DNA of 64,000 bases from an uncultured Pelagibacteraceae bacterium (GCA_902616205.1 CACMRY010000001.1:514-64513); one strand, 5' to 3'; numbered from the stretch's first letter, positions 18,660 to 28,639 are shown. Translations and numbers: made by a program. The notes: a model not told the origin generated them from the sequence alone.

Positions 18660-20270
18660 TTATGAGTTCAATATCATATCTGCACCTTTTTCAGCAATCA
18701 TTATAGTGGGTGCATTGGTGTTTCCAGATGTAATATTAGGCATTATGGATGCATCAATAACTCTAAGTTTTTGTATTCCATGAACTGATAATTTATCATT
18801 AACCACTGCACTATCATCATTTCCCATTTTACAAGTTCCAACTGGGTGAAATATTGTTTGAGTGAAATCACTACCAGCTTTAACTAATTCCTCATCTTCA
18901 GTAATATGTACCCCAGGCCTATATTCTTCAGGCTGATATTTTTTAAAAGTCTCTGTCTCTAACATTATTTTTCTTACGAGTTTCAAACCTTCGGCAGCAA
19001 CTATTCTGTCATCTTCTGTAGAAAGATAATTCATTTTAATTTTTGGATTATCTCTACTATCGTTACTTGATATATTTATTTCCCCTCTACTCGATGGTCT
19101 GATGTTAGCAACAGTTGGTGTAATTCCTTCAAAATCATGCATAGGAGTAATTCCAAGAATATCTGTGCTTAGTGGCTGGACGTGAAATTGTAAGTTTGGT
19201 GTAGCACGTGATGGATCACTTTTAGTAAAAGCACACACTTGGCTCGCACCCATTGTAATAGGGCCACTTTGTTTAAAAATATACTGAAGGCCCATTAAAA
19301 ACTTTGAATATAAACTCTCAACATCTCTATTTAGTGACTTTATATTTTTTAATTTATAAACTGGTCGAAACATCAAATGATCTTGTAAATTTTTCCCCAC
19401 GCCTTTCAGTTCATGTACAACTTCTATTCCATGTTTTTTAATTTTTTCACCATCTCCAATTCCTGATATTTGTAATAAATGTGGTGATCCTATTGCACCA
19501 GCTGATAAAATAGCTTCTTTATTGACTTTAATATGATTCAATTTATCTCCAGTAAAAAAACTCACACTATCTACTGTATTGTTATTAAAATTAATTTTTT
19601 GAACATGAGCATTAACAATAATTTTTAAATTTTTTCTTTTTTTTATTGGATTTAAGTAACCTTTAGCAGCACTACATCTTAATTTAAGACCAAACTTACT
19701 GTGGCTTGTTGTAAATTGAAAAAAACCAACTCCAAAATTATCACCTTTGTTAAAATCTATTGTTTTTGGAATTCCAACTTCTTCTGCAGCATTTTGAAAT
19801 TCATCAAGTAATTTTAGATTTATTTTTTTATTCGCTACCGATATTGGTCCACTGTCATTATGGAATTCACTTTTTCCAAGTTCGTTGTTTTCAGATTTTA
19901 AAAAATATGGCAAAACATCATTCCAACTCCACCCAGTATTTCCAAGTTGGCGCCACACATCATAATCTTCTTTCTGACCACGTATCCATAGCAAACCATT
20001 GATAGATGAGCTGCCACCCAGAGTTTTTCCTCTTGGATATCTTATTGATCGATTATTCATTGTTTCATCAGGCTCGGTTTTAAAGCACCAATCAACTTTT
20101 GGATTATGCATAGTTTTGTAGTAACCAACTGGAATATGAATCCATGGATAAGTGTCTTTTCCACCTGCTTCAAGTAGTAAAACTTTATTTTTTGGATTTG
20201 CAGACAATCTGTTTGCTAAAACACATCCTGCCGAACCAGCCCCAATAATAATGTAATCAAAGTTATTCAT
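18660..20270 (-). CDS. GMC family oxidoreductase (choline dehydrogenase-like)
   Basis: DYIIIGAGSAGCVLANRLS, PRGKTLGGSSSING, HPVGTCKMG, GNTNAPTIMIAEK. Confidence 0.93.
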   Translation of the reverse strand: MNNFDYIIIGAGSAGCVLANRLSANPKNKVLLLEAGGKDTYPWIHIPVGYYKTMHNPKVDWCFKTEPDETMNNRSIRYPRGKTLGGSSSINGLLWIRGQKEDYDVWRQLGNTGWSWNDVLPYFLKSENNELGKSEFHNDSGPISVANKKINLKLLDEFQNAAEEVGIPKTIDFNKGDNFGVGFFQFTTSHSKFGLKLRCSAAKGYLNPIKKRKNLKIIVNAHVQKINFNNNTVDSVSFFTGDKLNHIKVNKEAILSAGAIGSPHLLQISGIGDGEKIKKHGIEVVHELKGVGKNLQDHLMFRPVYKLKNIKSLNRDVESLYSKFLMGLQYIFKQSGPITMGASQVCAFTKSDPSRATPNLQFHVQPLSTDILGITPMHDFEGITPTVANIRPSSRGEINISSNDSRDNPKIKMNYLSTEDDRIVAAEGLKLVRKIMLETETFKKYQPEEYRPGVHITEDEELVKAGSDFTQTIFHPVGTCKMGNDDSAVVNDKLSVHGIQKLRVIDASIMPNITSGNTNAPTIMIAEKGADMILNS

Positions 20271-20382
20271 AAAATTTTGATAGATATATACATTTTTATC
20301 AAAATAAAGTCGATTTGACTTGTATATATTTACAATTTCTGAGAGGATCTATCACTTAAATTTAACAATGAGGGACATTAAA

Positions 20383-21474
20383 ATGAAAAAAATCATATCA
20401 ATGTTGTTTGCAGCGACGATGGTGTTTGGATTTATATCAAATGCTAGTGCAAAAACATTAAAATGTCAGACAGTTCTTAACACTAAGGCAGATGAAGTTA
20501 AGATGTTAAAGGACTTTACTGATACAGTAACAACACTAACAAGTGGATCTTTAAAATTTGAGATTTTACCAGCTGGTGCTGTTGTTGGTGTAAAAGAAAC
20601 TTTAGATGCAGTAGACAAAGGTCTTATCGACTGTGGATTTGCATGGACACACTACTGGTCAGGAGATCATCCTGCAGCTATGTTGTTCGGATCTCCAGTA
20701 GCAGGTGGTGGAGTTGGTATTGACAATATTGCATTCTTATCATGGTTTCAGTATGGCGGAGGGAAAGAGCTTTATGACAGATTATGGAAAGAAATGGGAA
20801 GAGATATTAAAGGATTTATGATTCAACCAGTTGGGCCTGAGGCTTTAGGTTGGTTTCCAAAACCAATTAAAGATATGGCTGACTTTAGAAAGTATAAGTT
20901 CAGAACTCCTCCAGGAATTCCAGGACAAACATATAAAGACATTGGTATAGCATCTGTAGCAATGGGTGGTGGAGATATTCTACCAGCTTTAGAGGCAGGA
21001 ACAATTGATGCTGCTGAGTGGTGTTGTCCAAAACCAGACTTAACTTTTGGTTTCCAAAAAGTTTTAAAACACTATTACTTACAAGGTTTACACCAAGTTG
21101 TTGTAAATGCTGACTTTTATATAACTGGAAAAACTTATAATGCTATGTCTGATCATGAGAAGAAGTCACTTGAGGTTGCTGCTAATGCTTCATTAGCTAA
21201 ATCTTTAAGTTACAGAATCTATGAAAACGGTAAAGCTTTAAGAGAGTTGACTACGAAGCATGGAGTAATTTTAGAAGATACACCTTCTGATTATTTCACT
21301 GAATACATGGCAGCTGCTAAAGCTTCTTTGAATAAGAACGCTGCAGAAAACAAATTTTTTAATGAAGTTTATACTTCAATGAAAAACTTTGCGGATATAG
21401 CTGTACCATTTTGGAGTGGTGCTCAAATGTCAAATGCTAAGCTAGGAATGGCTCACGCAGCAACATTAAAGTAA
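20383..21474 (+). CDS. dctP: TRAP transporter substrate-binding protein (DctP, TakP-like)
   Basis: Signal peptide MKKIISMLFAA...ASA, FEILPAGAVV, KFRTPPG, LEAGTIDAAEW. Start at ATG 20383 after GAGGGA rather than the track's 20320. Confidence 0.92.
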   Translation: MKKIISMLFAATMVFGFISNASAKTLKCQTVLNTKADEVKMLKDFTDTVTTLTSGSLKFEILPAGAVVGVKETLDAVDKGLIDCGFAWTHYWSGDHPAAMLFGSPVAGGGVGIDNIAFLSWFQYGGGKELYDRLWKEMGRDIKGFMIQPVGPEALGWFPKPIKDMADFRKYKFRTPPGIPGQTYKDIGIASVAMGGGDILPALEAGTIDAAEWCCPKPDLTFGFQKVLKHYYLQGLHQVVVNADFYITGKTYNAMSDHEKKSLEVAANASLAKSLSYRIYENGKALRELTTKHGVILEDTPSDYFTEYMAAAKASLNKNAAENKFFNEVYTSMKNFADIAVPFWSGAQMSNAKLGMAHAATLK

Positions 21475-21498
21475 TTAAGTAATTAATCTTGATTTAAT

Positions 21499-21530
21499 TA
21501 GAGCGGAATTTAAATTCCGCTCTAGTTTTT
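21499..21530 (+). terminator. Perfect 26-bp palindrome plus T tract between dctP and dctQ
   Basis: TAGAGCGGAATTT/AAATTCCGCTCTA followed by GTTTTT. Confidence 0.75.
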
Positions 21531-21541
21531 AACAACATTTT

Positions 21542-22156
21542 ATGTCAGAAGATCCAAGTAAACTCGATATTTCAGATGAAATGATAGCCGAAAGGCGAGG
21601 TGGATCGGGTAAAATGCCAGAGGATATGCCGTTATGGATGGCAAAATCAATTGTCAATATTGATAAATTTAGTAAGTGGATCGGAAGTGTTGTTTGTTGG
21701 ATATTAATACCTTTAATTTTTGCAATGACATACGAAGTTCTTGCAAGAAAATTATTTTTAGCCCCAACTATATGGGCATATGACATTAGCAGATTTTTAT
21801 ATGGTGCATTATTTATGCTAGGTGCAGGATATGCGCTTTCTAGAGGAGTGCATATTAGAGCCGACTTTTTATATAGAAATTTTAAAACAAAGACACAGGG
21901 ATTAATTGATTTTTGGTTGTATCTATTATTTTACTTTCCAGGGTTATTTGTATTTCTTTACATGACAATAGGATTTGTAGAAGAATCTATTAGAAGGGGA
22001 GAGCGTGGCATGGATACTACTTGGATGCCATATATGTGGCCAATTAAAACATGCCTCTTAATTGGAATTATATTTTTATTGATTCAAGGATTATCAGAAC
22101 TATTTAAAAGCTATTGGGCAGCAAAAAAAGGTGTTTGGCCTGGAGAAGATAAATGA
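21542..22156 (+). CDS. dctQ: TRAP small permease
   Basis: Four TM segments, YEVLARK, GAGYALSRGVHIRADF. Confidence 0.92.
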   Translation: MSEDPSKLDISDEMIAERRGGSGKMPEDMPLWMAKSIVNIDKFSKWIGSVVCWILIPLIFAMTYEVLARKLFLAPTIWAYDISRFLYGALFMLGAGYALSRGVHIRADFLYRNFKTKTQGLIDFWLYLLFYFPGLFVFLYMTIGFVEESIRRGERGMDTTWMPYMWPIKTCLLIGIIFLLIQGLSELFKSYWAAKKGVWPGEDK

Positions 22157-23487
22157 TTGCTGAATTTATAGATCCAGCGATATTAGGTTTTATCCTTGTG
22201 GGTGTAATGCTTTTTGCAATCTTCGTTGGTTTTCCTATTTCATTTACTTTAATTTTTTTAGGTTTCGTTTTTGGTTACTTAGGATTTGGTAAATTAGTTT
22301 TTTATCTAATGACATTGCAATTTTCTATGGTCATGACCGAACAAACACTTGCCGCCGTTCCGTTATTTGTCTTTATGGGAATAATGATGGAACAAGCTGG
22401 ATTAATGGAAAGATTATTCTCAGCATTTCAGATGATGTTAGCTAGGGTTAAAGGATCTTTGTATTATGCAGTTTTATTTGTTTCAGTCATATTTGCTGCA
22501 GCAACAGGTATAGTGGGAGCATCTGTTACAATTCTTGGAATTATGGCTGCTAAATCTATGAATAGATCTAATTATGATGTGAGACTTGCAGCAGGAACAA
22601 TAACTGCAGGTGGAACATTAGGTATATTAATTCCACCAAGTATAATGCTAGTGGTTATGGGTCCTATTATGGAGATACCAGTAATTGATCTTTTTGCTGC
22701 AGCAATCCTTCCTGGAATTTTACTTGCAAGTTTATATGCAGGATACACGACAATAAGATGCATGATTAATCCAAAACTTGGACCAGTTTTACCTGAGGAT
22801 ATGAGAGCTGCTAGCATGAAAGAAGTTTGGATTGAGTTTTTACTTGGATTAGTTCCACCTGCTGCGCTAGTTTTTGCAGCTTTAGGAAGTATTTTATTTG
22901 GATTTGCAACACCAACTGAAGCAGCTGGCTGTGGTGCGATGGGTGCATTACTTTTATCTTTAGCATATAAAAAATTGACACTTCCAAAACTACAAGAAGC
23001 ATTAGTAAAAACTTTAGAGATCACTGCTTTAATAATGGTACTTGTTGCTGCATCAAATTTTTTTGGAGCTGTATTTGCAAGATTAGGCACACCTACATTA
23101 CTTACTGAATTTTTACTAGGTTTAGAAATGAATAAATATTTAATTCTTGGAATAATTATGGCAATGATTTTTTTACTAGGTTGGCCACTGGAGTGGGTAC
23201 CGATTGTAATGATTATAATCCCAATTATTTTACCTTTAGTTGAAGCATTAGGGTTTAATTTAACTTGGTTTGCGATTTTGGTTGCAGTTAACTTGCAGAC
23301 CGCATGGCTTTCTCCACCTGTAGCTCTTTCAGCATATTTTTTAAAAGGAGTTGTTCCTGAATGGGATTTAAAAGATATTTATTATGGAATGATGCAATTT
23401 ATGGTTCTACAAATAATAGGGCTTATATTGATTATAGTATTTCCTAAAATTGCTCTATGGTTACCAACACTGCTATATGGACAGTAG
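22153..23487 (+). CDS. dctM: TRAP large permease
   Basis: AVPLFVFMG, GTLGILIPPS, ATPTEAA, LSPPVA. Confidence 0.94.
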   Translation: MIAEFIDPAILGFILVGVMLFAIFVGFPISFTLIFLGFVFGYLGFGKLVFYLMTLQFSMVMTEQTLAAVPLFVFMGIMMEQAGLMERLFSAFQMMLARVKGSLYYAVLFVSVIFAAATGIVGASVTILGIMAAKSMNRSNYDVRLAAGTITAGGTLGILIPPSIMLVVMGPIMEIPVIDLFAAAILPGILLASLYAGYTTIRCMINPKLGPVLPEDMRAASMKEVWIEFLLGLVPPAALVFAALGSILFGFATPTEAAGCGAMGALLLSLAYKKLTLPKLQEALVKTLEITALIMVLVAASNFFGAVFARLGTPTLLTEFLLGLEMNKYLILGIIMAMIFLLGWPLEWVPIVMIIIPIILPLVEALGFNLTWFAILVAVNLQTAWLSPPVALSAYFLKGVVPEWDLKDIYYGMMQFMVLQIIGLILIIVFPKIALWLPTLLYGQ

Positions 23488-23511
23488 TTTATATTGGTTT
23501 AATATAACACT

Positions 23512-24966
23512 GTGATTCCAGTAAAAGACAAATATCAACTTAGAAATTGGGAACTTGTATCAATAAATCCGAACAATAGAGATTGGAGTGGGTTTGATTA
23601 TTTTAATTTTTGGGCTGTTTCAATTCAAAGTATTATAGGTTTTTCGCTAATCGCATCTTTGTATTTATTATATGATTTAAACAGTTTAGTTGTTTTGAGT
23701 GGTACGTTGTTTGCAGGTTTAATTGTATTTTTTCTAACAAACCTTATAGGAAACATTTCACAAAATAGTGGATTACCATTTCCAGTTATTCTCAGGCTAT
23801 CAATGGGGTTTAATGGTGCAAGATATCTTGGGTTGATTAGAGGATTTATTGGAATATTTATGTTTGGAGTTCAAACATTTTTCATTTCAAAATCTTTAGG
23901 ATATATTTTAAGAATCATTTTATTCAAAATAGATAGCCAACTTATCAATCACGAATTTTTCTTAATCTTTTTCTTTGGATTAAATCCTATTGATTGGTTT
24001 TCTTTAATAATTTGTTTAATTATTCAATTTATTCTTTTTACTAAAGGCGCTGGTTTCAATAAAAACTTTATAAAGTTTTCTTCTATATTTATTTATATTG
24101 GACTAATAACATTTCTCTTAATTATTATTTCCGAAAATTATGTAGCATTAATTAGCTCTTTATTATTAAGCACAAGCACTGAAAATTTTATTTCTAGAAA
24201 TAATGTTTTTCCGTTTATTTCAGTAGTTGGAACAATGTTTGCATATTTTTCTATTTTAGTAGTAAATTTTGGTGATTTTGCGCGTTATGCAAAAAACAAC
24301 AGTGAGATGAAGATAGGCAATCTTACATTATTACTTAATTTAGTTTTATTTTCTCTAGTAGCCATATTAATTTGTTTGGGATCAGATATTATTCTCTCAC
24401 AAAGATCTATTACAGTTGACAGGTTACTAACAAATCCAAATGATATTATAGGAAAAATAAATGATAATTATCTTACAATAATCTCTTTAATATTTATTCT
24501 CATTTCCTCTGCTTCTACAAACTTAATTGCCAACTACATTCCTTCACAAAATACTTTAATTAATTTTATACCTAACTCTTTAAACTCCAAAAGTGCTGGA
24601 ATTATAATTACAATTCTTGCATTAATCGTATCTACTTTTTGGCTTTCAATATTTAGCCAAAGATTATCCTTAAGTATTTTTGATACTTTGGCATCTTTTT
24701 TGGGACCTATTTTTGGTGTGATAATTGCAGATTACTATTTTATAAAAAAAAAGAAAATTAATCATAAAGAGTTATTTTATCCAGAAGAGACAACAGAATA
24801 TATTTATAATGGTGGCTGGAATATCAAGGCACTTTATGCAGTGATTATTGGTTTTATATTTTCTGCCTCTACGATTTGGAATGTAAATTTATTGCACTTA
24901 CAAACCTTTGGATGGCTTATAGGTGCACTTGTATCATACATCCTATACCTTCTTCTTAAAAAATAA
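23512..24966 (+). CDS. NCS1 nucleobase:cation symporter family permease
   Basis: GLPFPVILRLSMG, NFGDFARY, TNLIANY, GPIFGVIIADYY, GWNIKA. Confidence 0.88.
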   Translation: MIPVKDKYQLRNWELVSINPNNRDWSGFDYFNFWAVSIQSIIGFSLIASLYLLYDLNSLVVLSGTLFAGLIVFFLTNLIGNISQNSGLPFPVILRLSMGFNGARYLGLIRGFIGIFMFGVQTFFISKSLGYILRIILFKIDSQLINHEFFLIFFFGLNPIDWFSLIICLIIQFILFTKGAGFNKNFIKFSSIFIYIGLITFLLIIISENYVALISSLLLSTSTENFISRNNVFPFISVVGTMFAYFSILVVNFGDFARYAKNNSEMKIGNLTLLLNLVLFSLVAILICLGSDIILSQRSITVDRLLTNPNDIIGKINDNYLTIISLIFILISSASTNLIANYIPSQNTLINFIPNSLNSKSAGIIITILALIVSTFWLSIFSQRLSLSIFDTLASFLGPIFGVIIADYYFIKKKKINHKELFYPEETTEYIYNGGWNIKALYAVIIGFIFSASTIWNVNLLHLQTFGWLIGALVSYILYLLLKK

Positions 24967-25712
24967 TGCACGATTTTGATCTTAAAAATAGATACGCAAT
25001 TATAACTGGAGGAGCCCAAGGATTTGGCTTAGATATTGCTAGGAGATTTATAAAATCTGGTTCCAAAGTAAGAATTTGGGATATAGATGAAACCGAATTA
25101 AAAAAAGCTTCTCAAGATATTAATAGTGAAAACTTAAGTTATGATGTAGTTGACGTCTCAAATTTTACGCAAGTAAAAAATGCTGTGGAGAAAATTTCTG
25201 AAAATACTAATATTGATATTTTAGTTAATAGTGCAGGAATTACTGGACCCACAGCAGAGTTATGGAATTACTCTATTGATGATTGGTCAAGAATAATTGA
25301 AATTAACTTAAATGGGATTTTCTATAGCTGTAAAGCAGTTGTGCCACATATGATAAAAAATAATTATGGTAGAATAGTAAATATTGCATCAGTCTCTGGA
25401 AAAGATGGTAATGCAAATGCTAGTGCTTATAGCTCCTCAAAAGCTGGAGTAATAGGACTTACAAAATCTTTAGGAAAAGAGCTGGCTTTAAATAATATTG
25501 CGGTAAATGCAGTTACTCCAGCTGGAGCAAATACGAGGATTTTAAATCAAATGTCAAAAGAACATGTTCAAAAAATGCTTTCAAAAGTTCCAAAAGGTCG
25601 ATTTTTGGAAGTTCATGAATTAACTTCAATGGTTTGTTGGTTATCATCTGAGGAAAATTCCTTCTCAACAGCCGCAGTTTTCGATATTAGTGGTGGAAGA
25701 TCTACTTACTAG
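24966..25712 (+). CDS. SDR family oxidoreductase
   Basis: TGGAQGFG, NSAGI, YSSSKAG, FDISGGRSTY. Confidence 0.92.
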   Translation: MHDFDLKNRYAIITGGAQGFGLDIARRFIKSGSKVRIWDIDETELKKASQDINSENLSYDVVDVSNFTQVKNAVEKISENTNIDILVNSAGITGPTAELWNYSIDDWSRIIEINLNGIFYSCKAVVPHMIKNNYGRIVNIASVSGKDGNANASAYSSSKAGVIGLTKSLGKELALNNIAVNAVTPAGANTRILNQMSKEHVQKMLSKVPKGRFLEVHELTSMVCWLSSEENSFSTAAVFDISGGRSTY

Positions 25713-25833
25713 GTTTAGATAAAGGTAAAATAACTTCATTTATTTTAGCTATTTTCAAATCCTTTGAAATTACAGGTGATAGTATAATGATTGACCAATA
25801 AATTAATAAACTAAATATTGTAATAGTTTTCAT
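25702..25833 (-). CDS. Putative 43-aa exported or membrane peptide
   Basis: Manual translation MKTITIFSLLIYWSIIILSPVISKDLKIAKINEVILPLSKPSK*. AGGAAG lies upstream. Confidence 0.45.
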   Translation of the reverse strand: MKTITIFSLLIYWSIIILSPVISKDLKIAKINEVILPLSKPSK

Positions 25834-25941
25834 GATTTATACTTACTTCCTAATTTTGAATAATGGATGTTCAAATAATGACAAATTTTTGACTTTTTAA
25901 AAAAATATTGTAATCAAAAATTTCTAGTCTATATCAGTGAC

Positions 25942-26595
25942 GTGATAAAAATTATTATTAAATTTGTTCTAATCTCAATATTACTTTTCAAATTTGCCTA
26001 TGCTGAAAAAATTACTATATTTGAGTTCACAGATATTGAACTTGAATCTTTAGAGGTACGAAAAGTCAGAGGTGCTGATAATAAAACTGCATATTCACTA
26101 GGATCAAATGAAAATGGAAACTATTTAAAAGCAATTGCTGATAACGCAGCATCTGGACTTGGAAAACAAGTTAGTATTGATTTAAATTTAACACCATTCA
26201 TTAATATCACATGGAAAGTAGAGAAAGATTTAAACGGCATTAACGAGAAAAGTAAAAAAGGTCATGACTTTGCAGCAAGAGTTTTTGTAATAAAAAAAAC
26301 TGGTGCAACCGCTTTATCAAATAGGGCTATAAACTATGTTTTTTCAAGTAATGAAAATGTAGGAGATAATTGGCCCAGTCCTTATACAAAAAAATCAATT
26401 GATAATGTTTTATCAACAACTAAAGAAAATTTAAATAAGTGGGTTACCGTTAAAGCCAATGTCAAAGAGGATTTTAAAAAATTTCATGATTTAGATGTTA
26501 AAGAATTAGATGGAATTGCAATTATGGCAGATACTGATAATTCAAAAAACAAATCTATAAGTTACTATCAGAATATCTATTTTTCAGTGGATTAA
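25942..26595 (+). CDS. DUF3047 family periplasmic protein
   Basis: Signal peptide. WKVEK...DFAARVFV...INYVFSS...GIAIMADTDNS pattern. Confidence 0.8.
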   Translation: MIKIIIKFVLISILLFKFAYAEKITIFEFTDIELESLEVRKVRGADNKTAYSLGSNENGNYLKAIADNAASGLGKQVSIDLNLTPFINITWKVEKDLNGINEKSKKGHDFAARVFVIKKTGATALSNRAINYVFSSNENVGDNWPSPYTKKSIDNVLSTTKENLNKWVTVKANVKEDFKKFHDLDVKELDGIAIMADTDNSKNKSISYYQNIYFSVD

Positions 26596-26671
26596 ACTAA
26601 AAAATTTAATTTTCCATAATAAAAAAGGTATCTATAAAAAATATAAGTTAAATTAATTATTTACTAACAAC

Positions 26672-27904
26672 TCATAGTTTTTTTTTAATTTCATTAACAA
26701 TTTTTAGTGCTGAATCATTTTCAGCTTGAGATATGAAATGATTTTCTACTTTTTTTAAAAACTGAATATCTTCATTTGACAATTTATCTTTTAAAGATTT
26801 TTCATGTAATTTAAGAATTTTTTCATAGTAAAAATGATCTATGACAGATTGATAATATTTAAATGGTGTGGGAAATCCCATATATCTAAAAATTATTATT
26901 ATCGATAAAATATAGGACAAGTTTACTCCAAATTTGTCAACGAAAGACGCTAATCCAAAAGGTAGATATTTATATAAAAATGGCAATGACCCAAAAGGCA
27001 TTTCAATTATTTCTTTTGCACGTTTATTTACTTCAAGATTTTTAATATATTCCATAGAAGGAAATGTAGATGCATCTGAAATTATATTTGGAGCTTTAAA
27101 CTCCTCTTTTAAAATTAATGAAACTGCAACCACAACTGATGGGTCTAAATTTTTTTTGGCAACTAAATCAACAGGCAATGATATGACTTGAATATCCTCT
27201 TCAGGGATATTATTTTTTAAATCAAATCCACCTGCTTGAACCACTTCTGGATATAAGTAATCAAATTTCCTTGAAAGTGCTTTTGAAGCGTTAAGAGAAA
27301 ATATTTTTAGGTTTGGATTTGTACCTAATTTAAATATAAATTGGTTATTAGCCGGTAGTAAAAAAAAACCTATATCTAAAGTACCATTTTCCATCATATC
27401 AAAATGAATAGAATGTGTTTTATCTATAAATGTAGTGTTTTCATTATTTACACCATAAAGATTTAATATTGTTTCTGCCAATAATCGAGTTCCTGAATTT
27501 TCTGGACCAATACCAAGTTTCAATCCTTTAAAGTCAGCTAAAGAATTTAATTCTAAATCATTACGATAAAAAATAAATAAAGGTTCTAATATTAAAGAAC
27601 CAAGTGCTTTAATATTTTTAAATTGTTTACCTTTTAAATCTTGAGCTACAAACCCTATGTGAATATTTTTATTATCATCATTAACATCCTCAACTATATT
27701 AATAGTATCTTCACGATTAATTACCTCTGACTCAATATTATAATCTTTTAATCTTGCTTTAAGTAAGTTAGCAGAGGTATCAAAAAAACCACCTTTTGGA
27801 CCTGCTTCAATATAAATAGTTTTATCTTTAAAGTAACTTAAAAAAAATAAAACAATTATAAAAAATAAAATTATATAACCGAAAATGTATATTTTTTTTG
27901 GCAC
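26672..27904 (-). CDS. TAXI-family solute-binding protein with N-terminal and C-terminal membrane segments
   Basis: AGPKGG, GFVAQD, EPLFIFYR, GIGPENSGTR, GGFDLKNNIP. C-terminal LPFGLASFVDK followed by a TM helix. Confidence 0.8.
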   Translation of the reverse strand: MPKKIYIFGYIILFFIIVLFFLSYFKDKTIYIEAGPKGGFFDTSANLLKARLKDYNIESEVINREDTINIVEDVNDDNKNIHIGFVAQDLKGKQFKNIKALGSLILEPLFIFYRNDLELNSLADFKGLKLGIGPENSGTRLLAETILNLYGVNNENTTFIDKTHSIHFDMMENGTLDIGFFLLPANNQFIFKLGTNPNLKIFSLNASKALSRKFDYLYPEVVQAGGFDLKNNIPEEDIQVISLPVDLVAKKNLDPSVVVAVSLILKEEFKAPNIISDASTFPSMEYIKNLEVNKRAKEIIEMPFGSLPFLYKYLPFGLASFVDKFGVNLSYILSIIIIFRYMGFPTPFKYYQSVIDHFYYEKILKLHEKSLKDKLSNEDIQFLKKVENHFISQAENDSALKIVNEIKKKL

Positions 27905-27913
27905 TTATAATAT

Positions 27914-28639
27914 TTATTTTTCCCATTCGAATCTTGGAAATGAGTCGAATACTTTGAAAATTCCCTCAGACCATTGATTACAAACTTTAGAATAAGTGTC
28001 ATCTGATATATTTAGACATTCAAGAGAAGCAAGTTTGTTTTGATCTTTTTTAAGTATTGCAAAATCTATTGGTGGTCCGACTGTTAAATCACTTTTTAGT
28101 GTCGAGTCCATTGAAATCAAAGCGCATCTAGCAGCATCACCAATTGAAACGTTGGGTTTTATTACTCTATCAAGAATTGGTTTTCCGTATTTTACCTCTC
28201 CAATAACAAGATAAGGTTTACTATCAGCTGGTCTAATATAATTACCTTGAGGATAAACTAAATAGAGTTCATGTTTTTGACCTTGAATTTGCCCTCCTAC
28301 AACAAATGTAGAACCTAACAAAACATTGTCGGTATTTATCCCTTGTGGAGAAGAATGTTCAATATTTAAAGATCCGATATAAGATGCTATTTGGTCAAAA
28401 TCTTTACAAGTGTTAAGGTTCATTATTCCACTAGAATTGTTTAAATCTTTCTCTAAAGATTTGAAAACAGCTTGTGAAGTACCTAAATTTCCTGATGTTA
28501 CAATTACTATTGTTCTATCCCCAACATCGTGGGTCATCATTTTTGAATAAATATTTACATTATCCAAGCCAGCATTTGTCCTTGAATCTGATGCAAATAC
28601 TAATCCATCATCAGTTTTAATTCCTATACAATATGTCAT
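27914..28639 (-). CDS. Proteasome-type Ntn peptidase (Anbu, COG3484)
   Basis: N-terminal M-TYC with catalytic Thr, ASDSRTNAG.DN, YPQGNYI, IGEVKYGKPILDR, SMDSTLKSDLTVGPP. Confidence 0.93.
   Translation of the reverse strand: MTYCIGIKTDDGLVFASDSRTNAGLDNVNIYSKMMTHDVGDRTIVIVTSGNLGTSQAVFKSLEKDLNNSSGIMNLNTCKDFDQIASYIGSLNIEHSSPQGINTDNVLLGSTFVVGGQIQGQKHELYLVYPQGNYIRPADSKPYLVIGEVKYGKPILDRVIKPNVSIGDAARCALISMDSTLKSDLTVGPPIDFAILKKDQNKLASLECLNISDDTYSKVCNQWSEGIFKVFDSFPRFEWEK

Noticed and set aside
20320-20382. N-terminal extension of dctP given by the ORF track
   Set aside because: The signal peptide and an SD-like GAGGGA support ATG 20383. The extension overlaps promoter-like sequence.
22572-23090. 172-aa minus ORF and similar antisense ORFs (e.g. 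32570-32995, 42557-43039, 40210-40536)
   Set aside because: Shadow frames opposite well-conserved genes (dctM, tig, nuoF, nuoD) with no recognisable motifs.
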